A stretch of 64,000 bases of DNA from Candidatus Algichlamydia australiensis (GCA_033977065.1 JAXCHI010000004.1:284724-348723); one strand, 5' to 3'. Positions 46,282-55,046 are shown, counted from the first letter of the stretch. Notes: generated by a model not told the origin, from the sequence alone. Program-made: numbers and translations.

Positions 46282-46445
46282 TTTTCAGATTTCCTAAAAA
46301 ATATTTTAATATCCCTAAAGGCAATCAACTTTCCTAGATTCAATTATAACGAAAGTTAGTGAATTCAGATCAGAAGAGCTTTAATCCTATTGGAAGTATT
46401 GGGAATCTCTATACTTTATTACAAGTTCATGTTAAAATGTTCTCT

Positions 46446-47402
46446 ATGAATGCTACAAATTTAACTGAAACAAGTCTAAAAATATCAAAAAATATTTTTA
46501 ATTTTGATCATGCTGCATGGAGCCAGACGGCAGAGAAAGTGGGCTCTTTTTTCCATTCACACAGATTTCTAATGGCTAAAATAGTGTTGGGAGTGACTCT
46601 TTTAAATATTGTTACTATTATGGGCGCTGGATCTCTGATATATAGAAAAATGCGAGGTGTTTGGCCACATCAAGTACTTACTGCAAATATTTTATATCCT
46701 CTTCGTAATTATACACCTGAAAGTTGGAAAACAATCATTGAGAACTATAATGACGAAATCAACCCGGCAAATAAATTTACAGCAGAAGACAGAGAAGAAC
46801 TACAAGAGTGGGTTGATCAAGCAGAAGAGCGACCTGATAGAGGTGCAGGGATTCCTGATTCTCGGGATTTACGCCAAGGACTCATGAATCGTGTGCTAGA
46901 AGGAAAGAAGAATTTAGATTTTTATTTACGTAGGCCTTTAAACTATTGGGAGCAGGGGGGGCTTCCTGATGAAAGAGAAATAGTTGTTCCTCTAAGTTTT
47001 TTAGATTTAAAAGTATTTAATAAATTATCTCATATTTCTGATATTAGCATTAAATCAAATGAAAAACGCGATCCACCAGAGGAGATTTTAGATCTAAAAA
47101 ATCTTCGTAGTTTGACTCTTATAAATTGTACAATACCAGAAAACTTTGAGTTTGAAAAACTCCCTAAATTGGAAAAACTTTTCTTTTGGCGGTGCGATAT
47201 TCCAGATATTTTGTATTTGAAAAAGGTAAGCAATTTGCATCAAATTGGTATTGCAAATTGTACAATACCAGAAAACCTTCAGTTTGAAGAACCCTCTAAA
47301 TTTGAAAAACTTTTCATTGTTGATTGCAATATTCCAGATATTACGTTTTTGGAAGGGTTAAGCCATTTGCGTGGAATTGATATTGAAGATTGTATAATTT
47401 AA
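46446..47402 (+). CDS. Leucine-rich-repeat protein with an N-terminal TM anchor, paralog 3 (shorter, ends inside the LRR region)
   Basis: By alignment to the paralog N-termini (MNATNLTETSLKISKNIFNFDHAAWSQTAEKV vs MNIVPVSLEATKNYFNIDRAGWSQTAGKV), the start is ATG 46446 rather than 46359. It lacks the ~200 aa C-terminal region of paralogs 1 and 2. Confidence 0.7.
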   Translation: MNATNLTETSLKISKNIFNFDHAAWSQTAEKVGSFFHSHRFLMAKIVLGVTLLNIVTIMGAGSLIYRKMRGVWPHQVLTANILYPLRNYTPESWKTIIENYNDEINPANKFTAEDREELQEWVDQAEERPDRGAGIPDSRDLRQGLMNRVLEGKKNLDFYLRRPLNYWEQGGLPDEREIVVPLSFLDLKVFNKLSHISDISIKSNEKRDPPEEILDLKNLRSLTLINCTIPENFEFEKLPKLEKLFFWRCDIPDILYLKKVSNLHQIGIANCTIPENLQFEEPSKFEKLFIVDCNIPDITFLEGLSHLRGIDIEDCII

Positions 47403-47473
47403 ATTGCCATTCTGTAACCTAGAGGATCTTCCGCTTCAGATTACAGTTTTTTGTATAGTATTTGTTAGTTCAA

Positions 47474-47517
47474 CTGAAGTTGCTACCCAGTTTCTCCTAT
47501 AGAGAGGGGGATTTTTT
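47474..47517. repeat. Family-C repeat, half copy
   Basis: ctgaagttgctacccagtttctcctatagagagggggatttttt matches the reverse complement of 54931-54985 (ctcaagttgccactcagtttctcctatggagagagggattttt). Confidence 0.7.
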
Positions 47518-47617
47518 CTTTGCATATTCTCCGCAGATAATTAATCATATTAAATAATTGAATTCTTGTAACTTATCGCTTTTTTAGTTAAAATATTCCC
47601 ATAACAAGGTTACTCCT

Positions 47618-48310
47618 ATGCTAACTGTAAATGAATACTTTAATCACTCTTGTACGCTCGCCAACGCAGGAAAAGAGCGCCTGGTCTCCTATTTTAAACC
47701 TGTATCAAGCTATGCAGAAACGTTTTTTAGTGAAGGAGCGAAAGAGACAATTGCTAAAAATCGCGTTCTAATTATAACAGTTCTTTCAATTACAGCCCTA
47801 GGATTAACAGGGCTATCTGTTTATTACATTGCAAAGCGGGTCTTCAGTAAAACAACTTCCGATGCCAAACCTTCTCTTAAGAGGAGCCCAGAGTATGACA
47901 AAAATACAGGCAGGTATTCTAGTGCCGGGTGCTCTTTTGCTCTTCCTAATGGAATAAATCCCAAAGAGGAGGAGATAACATTTATCCTTCCGAGTGGTGT
48001 AAAGCTGACGTTTTTTCAATATAAAGACCGTACAAAGTCCACAATTGATGATGACTTGAGCGCGTATACTACTCATTATCAGAAAGGCTTGAATCAAGAA
48101 CCCAAAAAAGGTTCTCTTGATAACGGACTTAAGTATCTCGCAATCTCTCCGATTCATGTTGAAGGAAATCCCTATTTAAAATCCTATACTATCTACAACG
48201 GAGAGGATAGATATAGGTTTACGGCGACTCATATAGAGCAAGCAAAGATAAAAGAGAGTATTGAAATGAATGCAATTTTAGAATCATTTACCCTTACTAA
48301 GGAGAGCTAA
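47618..48310 (+). CDS. Hypothetical single-TM protein, family member 1 of 3
   Basis: 230 aa. The pattern FFSEGAKETIAKNRVLIITVLSITALGLTGLSVYYI is shared with the next two genes. Confidence 0.65.
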   Translation: MLTVNEYFNHSCTLANAGKERLVSYFKPVSSYAETFFSEGAKETIAKNRVLIITVLSITALGLTGLSVYYIAKRVFSKTTSDAKPSLKRSPEYDKNTGRYSSAGCSFALPNGINPKEEEITFILPSGVKLTFFQYKDRTKSTIDDDLSAYTTHYQKGLNQEPKKGSLDNGLKYLAISPIHVEGNPYLKSYTIYNGEDRYRFTATHIEQAKIKESIEMNAILESFTLTKES

Positions 48311-48311
48311 A

Positions 48312-49016
48312 ATGGCAGCTATAGGAACTACACTTTCCATAGCAGGGAGCGCTGCTCAAGCTTTACCTGGAGCAAACACTAACCAAGCAAAGACAATTGC
48401 TAACAGATTCTTCAACAATGATATAAAAAAAACATTTGTGCAAAACCGCACTCTTATTTTCGCTACTCTTACAGTAGTAACTTTGTCATCTACTGTACTC
48501 GCTATCTATTTTGTTTATCAAAAAAATGTAACCCTCAATAAAACAGATAAAGAAAATGAGTTCACGATTCAAATCAGTGGAAATCGTGTTTCTGTTTCTC
48601 CCTCAGGTTTTACTTTTCAGATTCCTTCAAGTACAAAACAACACGCAAATCAGAAATTTTTGCTACCTGAAGATTTAACACTACAATTTTCAGTCTCTAA
48701 GACGAACAAGAGCATTGGTGATTATGTGGAAGAATTTAAAGATAATGCATGTTCAGGAAAGACGGAAAAACCGATAAGTGTAAATGGAAGATTAAGAACT
48801 TCATACGCAGGAGAGTTTGTTCCACAATTGTTTAGCGTTAATGGGGTTCAGGTTCTAGAACGTCGCCCTAAAAAAGTGCTTGAGGGAGTGTTTGAGCGGA
48901 GCTATTACATAGTAGGTGCAGGTCGCCTCTACCTACTAAAATTTTCTCACGAAAGTGATCCGTCAAAACTAGAAACTTTACAAAATGTTTTAAAATCAAT
49001 AGTTTTTCATAATTAG
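48312..49016 (+). CDS. Hypothetical single-TM protein, family member 2 of 3
   Basis: 234 aa with FFNNDIKKTFVQNRTLIFATLTVVTLSSTVLAIYFV. Its ATG lies 1 nt after the previous stop and has the RBS aaggagag. Confidence 0.65.
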   Translation: MAAIGTTLSIAGSAAQALPGANTNQAKTIANRFFNNDIKKTFVQNRTLIFATLTVVTLSSTVLAIYFVYQKNVTLNKTDKENEFTIQISGNRVSVSPSGFTFQIPSSTKQHANQKFLLPEDLTLQFSVSKTNKSIGDYVEEFKDNACSGKTEKPISVNGRLRTSYAGEFVPQLFSVNGVQVLERRPKKVLEGVFERSYYIVGAGRLYLLKFSHESDPSKLETLQNVLKSIVFHN

Positions 49017-49025
49017 AGACTTAAG

Positions 49026-49748
49026 GTGACAACTGTAGGAAATATTATTACAGAAGCAAGCAAAGCCACTCAGGGTTTACCTGCAGCAAAAATGGACCGA
49101 GCGAGTTTTGTTGCTAGTACGTTTTTTAGCGGAGGTATGCGCAACTTTATTGCTGAGAATAGATCATTCGTTATTGCGCTTTCTGCAGCCACGCTATTTG
49201 GTACAGCTTATTTAGTTCATAAAATGATATCTGAAAAAACTGGAGTTAAGTATAACATCCAATTTGACCTTCCTGACGGAGTAAAAAAGGCTGATTTAGA
49301 AAAATCTATCAATCTGGAAGTGGCCAAAGAGAGTGCAAAAAAAGAAATTACCGCTCGTCAAAAAGATGGCATTGTTTTTACTGATGAAGAAATAGCCTTT
49401 CTTTGTGCCGATCTGATAGAAATACAGCTATTTAAAAAGCCTAGTGCAAAAGAGTTATATGTATTTTGTTCCATCCAAAGCAGAGATCAAACGTTTGATT
49501 TTTCACAAATTCATACTGTTTGGACGAAATTCTATGGAAAAGATTTTGTAGAATCAACGCTCTTAACTTTGACAAGTGGGGAAAAAGCCGTCCGTTTTAG
49601 GGTGTCAGGTAAAGAAGCTTCTGAAATTGTCATGATTGAGAAAGGGGGGTTCTTTTACGGGCTCTGTTTTCCTTCTTCTGAAGTTCAGCTATTAACGTTT
49701 CGGGCTGATGTAACAAATCTGATCAATTCAATCACATTTCCCGAATAA
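49026..49748 (+). CDS. Hypothetical single-TM protein, family member 3 of 3
   Basis: 240 aa with a GTG start and FFSGGMRNFIAENRSFVIALSAATLFGTAYLV. Confidence 0.6.
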   Translation: MTTVGNIITEASKATQGLPAAKMDRASFVASTFFSGGMRNFIAENRSFVIALSAATLFGTAYLVHKMISEKTGVKYNIQFDLPDGVKKADLEKSINLEVAKESAKKEITARQKDGIVFTDEEIAFLCADLIEIQLFKKPSAKELYVFCSIQSRDQTFDFSQIHTVWTKFYGKDFVESTLLTLTSGEKAVRFRVSGKEASEIVMIEKGGFFYGLCFPSSEVQLLTFRADVTNLINSITFPE

Positions 49749-49798
49749 AATTCTGAATAGAAGCAAAAAGCGTTTTCTGTAATTAGCTCAAAAGTCTG

Positions 49799-50025
49799 TT
49801 TAGGGGTGTTCTCTTAATTTATGAATTTGAGGGGTGGTTTTCTTTTTAGAAGAAATTTATTATAGAGGGTAAAAGCAGCTTGATAAAACTCAAGTTACTA
49901 CCTAGTCTCTCCAGAAGGGGATGGGGGTAGCAACTTGAGTTTGATAAAATCGGTGAAATCTGAATAGCAAATCTACTCAGAAAGAAAACCGAACAGCAAG
50001 TTCAAAAATTCAGAGAACACCTCAA
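49799..50025. repeat. ~227 bp long imperfect palindrome with a family-C core, abutting the pyk start codon
   Basis: The outer arms are tttaggggtgttctcttaattt and aaattcagagaacacctcaaa. The inner arms are ggttttcttttt and agaaagaaaacc. The core is aaactcaagttactacc-tagtctctccagaaggggatgg-ggtagcaacttgagttt. Confidence 0.75.
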
Positions 50026-51825
50026 ATGCACCGTAGAACAAAAATTGTTTGTACTATAGGCCCCGCCGTCAGCAGCGAAGAGAAGATCGATCAGCTGATT
50101 TCCGCAGGAATGAATGTGGCGCGCTTAAACTTTAGCCATGGGACCCGTGAGGATCACGCGAAAACAATTGCTAATTTAAAAAAACTGCGTAAAAAGCGTG
50201 AAATTCCTCTAGCTATCATGCTGGATACGAAAGGACCTGAGATTCGTGTAGGCAAGTTAATCCAAGAGCAGCTTGAGTTAAAGAAGAGAGACAAACTTAA
50301 GCTAGTAAAAGGTGAGGCAAAAGAGAGCTTAGAGGTGCCAATTACGCCCGCTTCTGTTGTAGATGATTTAGAAGAGGGAATGCATGTACTCTTTGATGAT
50401 GGCTACATCAGTGCAAAGGTTATAGAGAAAAGCAAAGACTTTGTAACAGTTCAAATAGAGAATCCTGGCGTTCTGCTTAGCAATAAAGGAATCAATATCC
50501 CCCATGAAAATATTGATTTACCTGCGATGACAGAACAGGATATGGCAGACATTCGGTTTGGGTGTGAGCAGGATGTGGATATTATTGCCGCATCGTTTAT
50601 TCGCTCTGCAGAGCATATTCTTGAGATCAAACAGCTGCTGGCAAAAGAGAAGGCGCAGGATATCATGGTCATGGCCAAGATAGAGAGCGCTGAGGGGGTC
50701 AACCACTTTGACTCTATTCTCCAGGCAGCAGATGGAATTATGGTAGCAAGGGGCGATCTAGGCGTAGAATTGCCTCTTAAAGATGTGCCGCGCTTGCAGA
50801 AAATGATGATTCGTAAGTGCTACCATTCAGGCAAGTCTGTGATCATTGCGACGCAAATGCTAGAGTCGATGATCACAAATCCAAGACCGACGCGAGCAGA
50901 AGTCTCTGATGTAGCCAATGCGATCTATGATAGTGCATCTGCTGTGATGCTCTCAGGAGAGACCGCTGTTGGTAAGTACCCAATTGAAGCGGTTAAAATG
51001 ATGCGCAGCGTAATTGAAGAGGCTGAGAGCGATTTTGACTACCGCAGTTTTTTCTACAGTGACACAAGAGGGGATTTTTATGATGTGGCGACTTCTGTTG
51101 GCTTAGCATCGGTAAAAACAGCCTATGCGATCGATGCAAAAGCTATTTTTGTCTTTACTCATAGTGGTAATGCGGCGCGTACTATTGCCCGTTTGCGACC
51201 TTATCAGCCGATCATTGCACTCTCTCCTACACAGAAAACTTATCATCAGATGGGCGTAAATTGGGGGGTCGTCCCATTTTTTGGTGAGGTTAAGGATTTG
51301 AAGAGCGGATTCGCCACTCTGAGCTGTTTTGCACTGAAGAAAAAGCTTACGCGCTATGGAGATTTGGTAGTCGTTTCAGCAGGATCGCCCTTTGGGATTT
51401 CAGGAACAACTAATACAATGATTGTGGAAAATATTGGAGATGTTCTAGTGCGTGGGTACGCGACAAAAAAAGGCAAACGCACAGTTGGGAAAGTGCTCAT
51501 TGTGCTCTCTACAGAAAATAAAAGACAGTACCATATACAAGGCAAAGTTGCGGTGCTCACTGCTTGTGATACAGAGTATGAGAAGCTTCTGCATGGAACA
51601 GCTGGAATCATTTTACAGAATCATCCAGACGATTTAGAGTCGGAAAAATGTGCCAAGGCACTGGCAAAAAACCTTAATGTTCCTCTGATCACGCGTGCTG
51701 ATAACGCCTCCACAATTCTGCAAGAAGGACAACTGGTCACTCTTGATCCGCAAAAAGGTCTTGTTTTCAAAGGATCGTTTTCAACAGACGATGAGATGAT
51801 TCATCAAGTTTGTTGTGATGATTGA
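50026..51825 (+). CDS. pyk: Pyruvate kinase with a C-terminal PEP-utilising-enzyme mobile-domain-like extension
   Basis: 599 aa with RRTKIVCTIGPA, NFSHG and MVARGDLGVE. The last ~115 aa (GKVAVLTACD...GIILQNHPD...LVTLDPQKGLVF) resemble the swivelling domain found in Bacillus-type PK. Confidence 0.9.
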   Translation: MHRRTKIVCTIGPAVSSEEKIDQLISAGMNVARLNFSHGTREDHAKTIANLKKLRKKREIPLAIMLDTKGPEIRVGKLIQEQLELKKRDKLKLVKGEAKESLEVPITPASVVDDLEEGMHVLFDDGYISAKVIEKSKDFVTVQIENPGVLLSNKGINIPHENIDLPAMTEQDMADIRFGCEQDVDIIAASFIRSAEHILEIKQLLAKEKAQDIMVMAKIESAEGVNHFDSILQAADGIMVARGDLGVELPLKDVPRLQKMMIRKCYHSGKSVIIATQMLESMITNPRPTRAEVSDVANAIYDSASAVMLSGETAVGKYPIEAVKMMRSVIEEAESDFDYRSFFYSDTRGDFYDVATSVGLASVKTAYAIDAKAIFVFTHSGNAARTIARLRPYQPIIALSPTQKTYHQMGVNWGVVPFFGEVKDLKSGFATLSCFALKKKLTRYGDLVVVSAGSPFGISGTTNTMIVENIGDVLVRGYATKKGKRTVGKVLIVLSTENKRQYHIQGKVAVLTACDTEYEKLLHGTAGIILQNHPDDLESEKCAKALAKNLNVPLITRADNASTILQEGQLVTLDPQKGLVFKGSFSTDDEMIHQVCCDD

Positions 51826-51847
51826 TTCTATTTGTTAAGCTAATTGC

Positions 51848-52297
51848 ATGTTTGTACAGTCGTATGTCGAATTAAATGAAACAGAAAGTCTTGTCTATTA
51901 TTTAAAAACAGCAGATGATTTTGATCCCACATCTCAAAGTGCTGTAGCGGCACTTTGGACTGCTTTCGAAAAGAGTTATTTTGACGTTCAGGATGTTTTA
52001 ATGAAGCAAGGCGTTGCAAATGCTGATTATCGAGATGATGAAGGAAATCACCCTATTCATCTTTTAGCAGAAAAGGGCAATACCTCTGTAGGCGTCTGTT
52101 TACAAAATGGAATTCCTATAGATCTTGAAAATAGTGCTGGAATGACACCTCTACAATTGGCTGTTGCCCATAACCAGAAAGATATGGTTCAGTATTTGAT
52201 TAATAATAAGGCGAAGATTCCTGATAATGAGACAGATCAAAAGATCCAAGAGCTGCTTCAGGAAAAACCGCATCACTTTTGTTGCCACCTTTTATAA
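51848..52297 (+). CDS. Ankyrin-repeat protein
   Basis: 149 aa. GNHPIHLLAEKGNTSVGVCLQNG and GMTPLQLAVAHNQKDMVQYLINN are ANK consensus-like. Confidence 0.75.
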   Translation: MFVQSYVELNETESLVYYLKTADDFDPTSQSAVAALWTAFEKSYFDVQDVLMKQGVANADYRDDEGNHPIHLLAEKGNTSVGVCLQNGIPIDLENSAGMTPLQLAVAHNQKDMVQYLINNKAKIPDNETDQKIQELLQEKPHHFCCHLL

Positions 52298-52349
52298 AAA
52301 TTGTGTAGAGTGGCCCTATAAATCTAATTTTTCCTTATTACTTTCTTTT

Positions 52350-52910
52350 ATGGGATTTGCAAATATACAGTCACTCGTTTTAGTTCGTCACGGTGAGGGC
52401 GAGCATAATGTAAAAGGGATCTGGTCGCAAACGGCCCCTCTCACAGAGGTGGGTGTGGAGCAAGTTTTTCAGACAGGTAAAGATCTTTTGGAGCAGGGTC
52501 TCTCGAGTGAAAAAGTTTCTGTTGTCTATGTTTCACCTATGCCTCGTACGCGTCAGACAGCGCAGGCGCTTATTGATTCTGGAGTCATTCGAGAGGAGCA
52601 GCTTGTTTTTGATGAGCGGCTGGCTGAGATCGATGCTGGCTCACTCGAGGGAGAAAAATTTCGCCCTTGGGGAGATGCCGATCTTTGGGATTTGCCTTTT
52701 GCTGAAGAGGTCGGTGGGGAGACGCTAGCGCAGGTGCGCGATCGTATCGGAAGTTTTCTTTCTGAGCTCTCTAAGCAGGAATTTGAACACCATGTTTTTG
52801 TGATTTCTCACGGCTCTCCGTTACGAGAGTTGCTGGGGCTACTTGGGCATGAGCGCATCAAGTTGAATACAGCAGAAGCCAAAATCATCCCAAAACCGCC
52901 AAAGCACTAA
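52350..52910 (+). CDS. Histidine phosphatase (phosphoglycerate mutase) family protein
   Basis: The RHG motif (LVLVRHGEGEHN) and ISHGSPLR are present. I prefer ATG 52350 to the track start at 52227. Confidence 0.8.
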   Translation: MGFANIQSLVLVRHGEGEHNVKGIWSQTAPLTEVGVEQVFQTGKDLLEQGLSSEKVSVVYVSPMPRTRQTAQALIDSGVIREEQLVFDERLAEIDAGSLEGEKFRPWGDADLWDLPFAEEVGGETLAQVRDRIGSFLSELSKQEFEHHVFVISHGSPLRELLGLLGHERIKLNTAEAKIIPKPPKH

Positions 52911-53550
52911 TTCCGGCTGTTTCAGCTCGTAAAACATGCCTGCTCAGGCGCACCCCTGTAGCAAATTCACGAAGTTGTGTAAGTTCATTTTCAGAAAAAC
53001 CTCCTTCGGGTCCGATGTAAATCGTCGTATTTCCTTTGGCAGCAGTGAGAGGAGGCGCATTAGGATCGAGATCACCAAAGAGTGCTTTGCCTTTAGCCTC
53101 TGGAAAGGTAGAAAAAACTTCAATTTTGGGAAGGTAGAGGCGCTTGCACTGCTTAAGTGCACTGATGGTAGCGGTTTCAAGTCTCGCAAGATGGTTAGAG
53201 GAGAGTTTTTGTCTTTCTGAGTGATCGGAAGCAAAGAGGTGAAAAGCAGTAGCCCCGAGCTCTGTTCCCTTTTCAATGAGCCACTCCAAGCGGCTCTGTT
53301 TGATGAGGGCTGCTGCCAGAACAATTTTGGGTGCGGGTTCCTGCTGCTTTTCGCAGGCGGTAATTTCTACAATTGTTTCGTGTTTATTTGAGGAGAAGAG
53401 AGTGCCTTGCGCGAGAGTTCCTTTGCCATCAACAAGTTCAAGATGATCTCCTTTTTTGCCGCGCATCACACGCGTAAGGTGATGAGCTTCTGCTCCCGAT
53501 AGGATAGACTTTCCCTTCTGCAGTTTTTCTGTCACATAATAGCGATTCAT
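52885..53550 (-). CDS. rsmE: 16S rRNA (uracil1498-N3)-methyltransferase RsmE
   Basis: Motifs MNRYYV..., AHHLTRVMR and IYIGPEGGFSENE. The ATGA overlap with the upstream gene's stop supports the start at 53550. Confidence 0.85.
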   Translation of the reverse strand: MNRYYVTEKLQKGKSILSGAEAHHLTRVMRGKKGDHLELVDGKGTLAQGTLFSSNKHETIVEITACEKQQEPAPKIVLAAALIKQSRLEWLIEKGTELGATAFHLFASDHSERQKLSSNHLARLETATISALKQCKRLYLPKIEVFSTFPEAKGKALFGDLDPNAPPLTAAKGNTTIYIGPEGGFSENELTQLREFATGVRLSRHVLRAETAGISALAVLG

Positions 53551-54743
53551 ATATGTTCTTCCCTGCATATTGCGAGTTTCAAGATCTTATCAAAGGAGGG
53601 CTCTTGTGCTAAGATGAGTTTGGGGGTAGCAAGTTCTATTAAATCTTTTTTTGTTAGTACTTCAAAAGCCGCTTGGCGTTTCCAATGACGTGTAATGTTT
53701 TCTTTAGAAAAATTAAAGACAAGTTTAAATCGGTAATCTTTGCGGTAGGGATCGTATGCCAGGTGTTCAAAGCCGTTTTGAGGTGTGGGGCACATAAGAG
53801 TGAGAAAAGCGCGCGGGTAGATGGTGCGAAAGGTTTGCATCCAAGGCTCCCATTTAGGTGCAATGATGAGAATGGAATCGTGGCGAAAGCGGTAGTAGAC
53901 GTTTTTTGGGCTCTCTTGCTTCCAGCGATTGTGTTGCCAGAGCCACTGCTCGGGGCAGGTTTTGATAGAAGTTTCAAAGATTTGTAGCGCCTCCTTCATC
54001 ATGCGCTCAGTCTCTTCATTCATCGGTTTGGATTTATCAGGCCAAATAGGATCACTGTAGGTGATTTCGTAGGTGACGCCTACGCGTTTTGTAGTAGCGA
54101 CCATGATGGGGCAACCGGTTTTATAGGAGAGGAGTGCGGGCGCTGTTGAGGTAAAGGCGCGTCTGCCAAGAAAAGAGCTGGAAAAGTCGCTATCGGGAAA
54201 GCCTTGGTCACCAACGATTCCAAGGAACTTTCCAGCTTTTAGACCGCGCAAGCCCTCTTTGATCGCAAGCTTAGGTGGGACAATTGTGCCGCCAAACTTT
54301 TCGCGCATCTGTACGATCCACTCATAAACTTTTTTCTGTTTAATAGGCCTTCCAATAGCAACACCGGGCATGCGTTGGGTACCTTCTAAAAAAAGAACTT
54401 CCCAGTTGGCTTGGTGACCGCAGAAGAAGATGATACCTTGCCCTTTAGCAATGAGCGCAGCAGCTGGTTCTGGATTTGTGCAGCACGCCCACTTAAAGCT
54501 TTTTCTATGGGCAAATTTGGGATACTCAAGAGCGCAAGTGAGGAGGTTGGCAAAGGAAGCTTTGGCTATACGTCGAATCTCTTTAGGGCTCAGCTTAAGG
54601 TCTGTAGCGAGGGCGAGATTGGAGAGTGCGCGCTTGCGCCACTTAGGAATGGCGCAGTAGGCAATGGGGGCGAAGCCGTGGCTTAAAAGATTGATAAGCC
54701 ATTGTGGGGTAATCGCAAGAGGTGTGGTTAGGAGTTTAAACAT
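53547..54743 (-). CDS. Lipid A biosynthesis acyltransferase-like (LpxL/HtrB, LPLAT family) with an extra C-terminal region
   Basis: 398 aa. It has a HQANWE (HX4E) motif and an N-terminal membrane anchor typical of the family. Confidence 0.7.
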   Translation of the reverse strand: MFKLLTTPLAITPQWLINLLSHGFAPIAYCAIPKWRKRALSNLALATDLKLSPKEIRRIAKASFANLLTCALEYPKFAHRKSFKWACCTNPEPAAALIAKGQGIIFFCGHQANWEVLFLEGTQRMPGVAIGRPIKQKKVYEWIVQMREKFGGTIVPPKLAIKEGLRGLKAGKFLGIVGDQGFPDSDFSSSFLGRRAFTSTAPALLSYKTGCPIMVATTKRVGVTYEITYSDPIWPDKSKPMNEETERMMKEALQIFETSIKTCPEQWLWQHNRWKQESPKNVYYRFRHDSILIIAPKWEPWMQTFRTIYPRAFLTLMCPTPQNGFEHLAYDPYRKDYRFKLVFNFSKENITRHWKRQAAFEVLTKKDLIELATPKLILAQEPSFDKILKLAICREEHI

Positions 54744-54818
54744 GGTAGGGTAAAATCGATTCTACCCTATAGGCAGTTCTATTTTCAATGGATAGAATAC
54801 AAAACAAGGGAGTGTCTT

Positions 54819-54985
54819 CGAAACTCAAGTTGCTACCCCTTTCCCCCTTTGGAGAGACCCTTTTTGCGATCTACTTAGTTTAAAATTTCAGAAATGCTTG
54901 ATAAACATTCCTTCAATTTGAAACGAAACATCTCATCAAAAATCCCTCTCTCCATAGGAGAAACTGAGTGGCAACTTGAGTTTCG
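54819..54985. repeat. Family-C long palindromic element (expanded copy)
   Basis: The arms are cgaaactcaagttgc and gcaacttgagtttcg. The inner inverted pair is cccctttggagagaccc and ccctctctccataggag. Confidence 0.75.
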
Positions 54986-55046
54986 AATTAAAATAGAGTC
55001 CAAAAATTGGCCAAAATAATTGAAAATCTTTCTCTTGATGAGGAGT

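Noticed and set aside
46359-46445. GTG/ATG-extended start of LRR paralog 3 at 46359
   Set aside because: Alignment with the N-termini of paralogs 1 and 2 places the homologous Met at 46446. The extra 29 residues have no counterpart.
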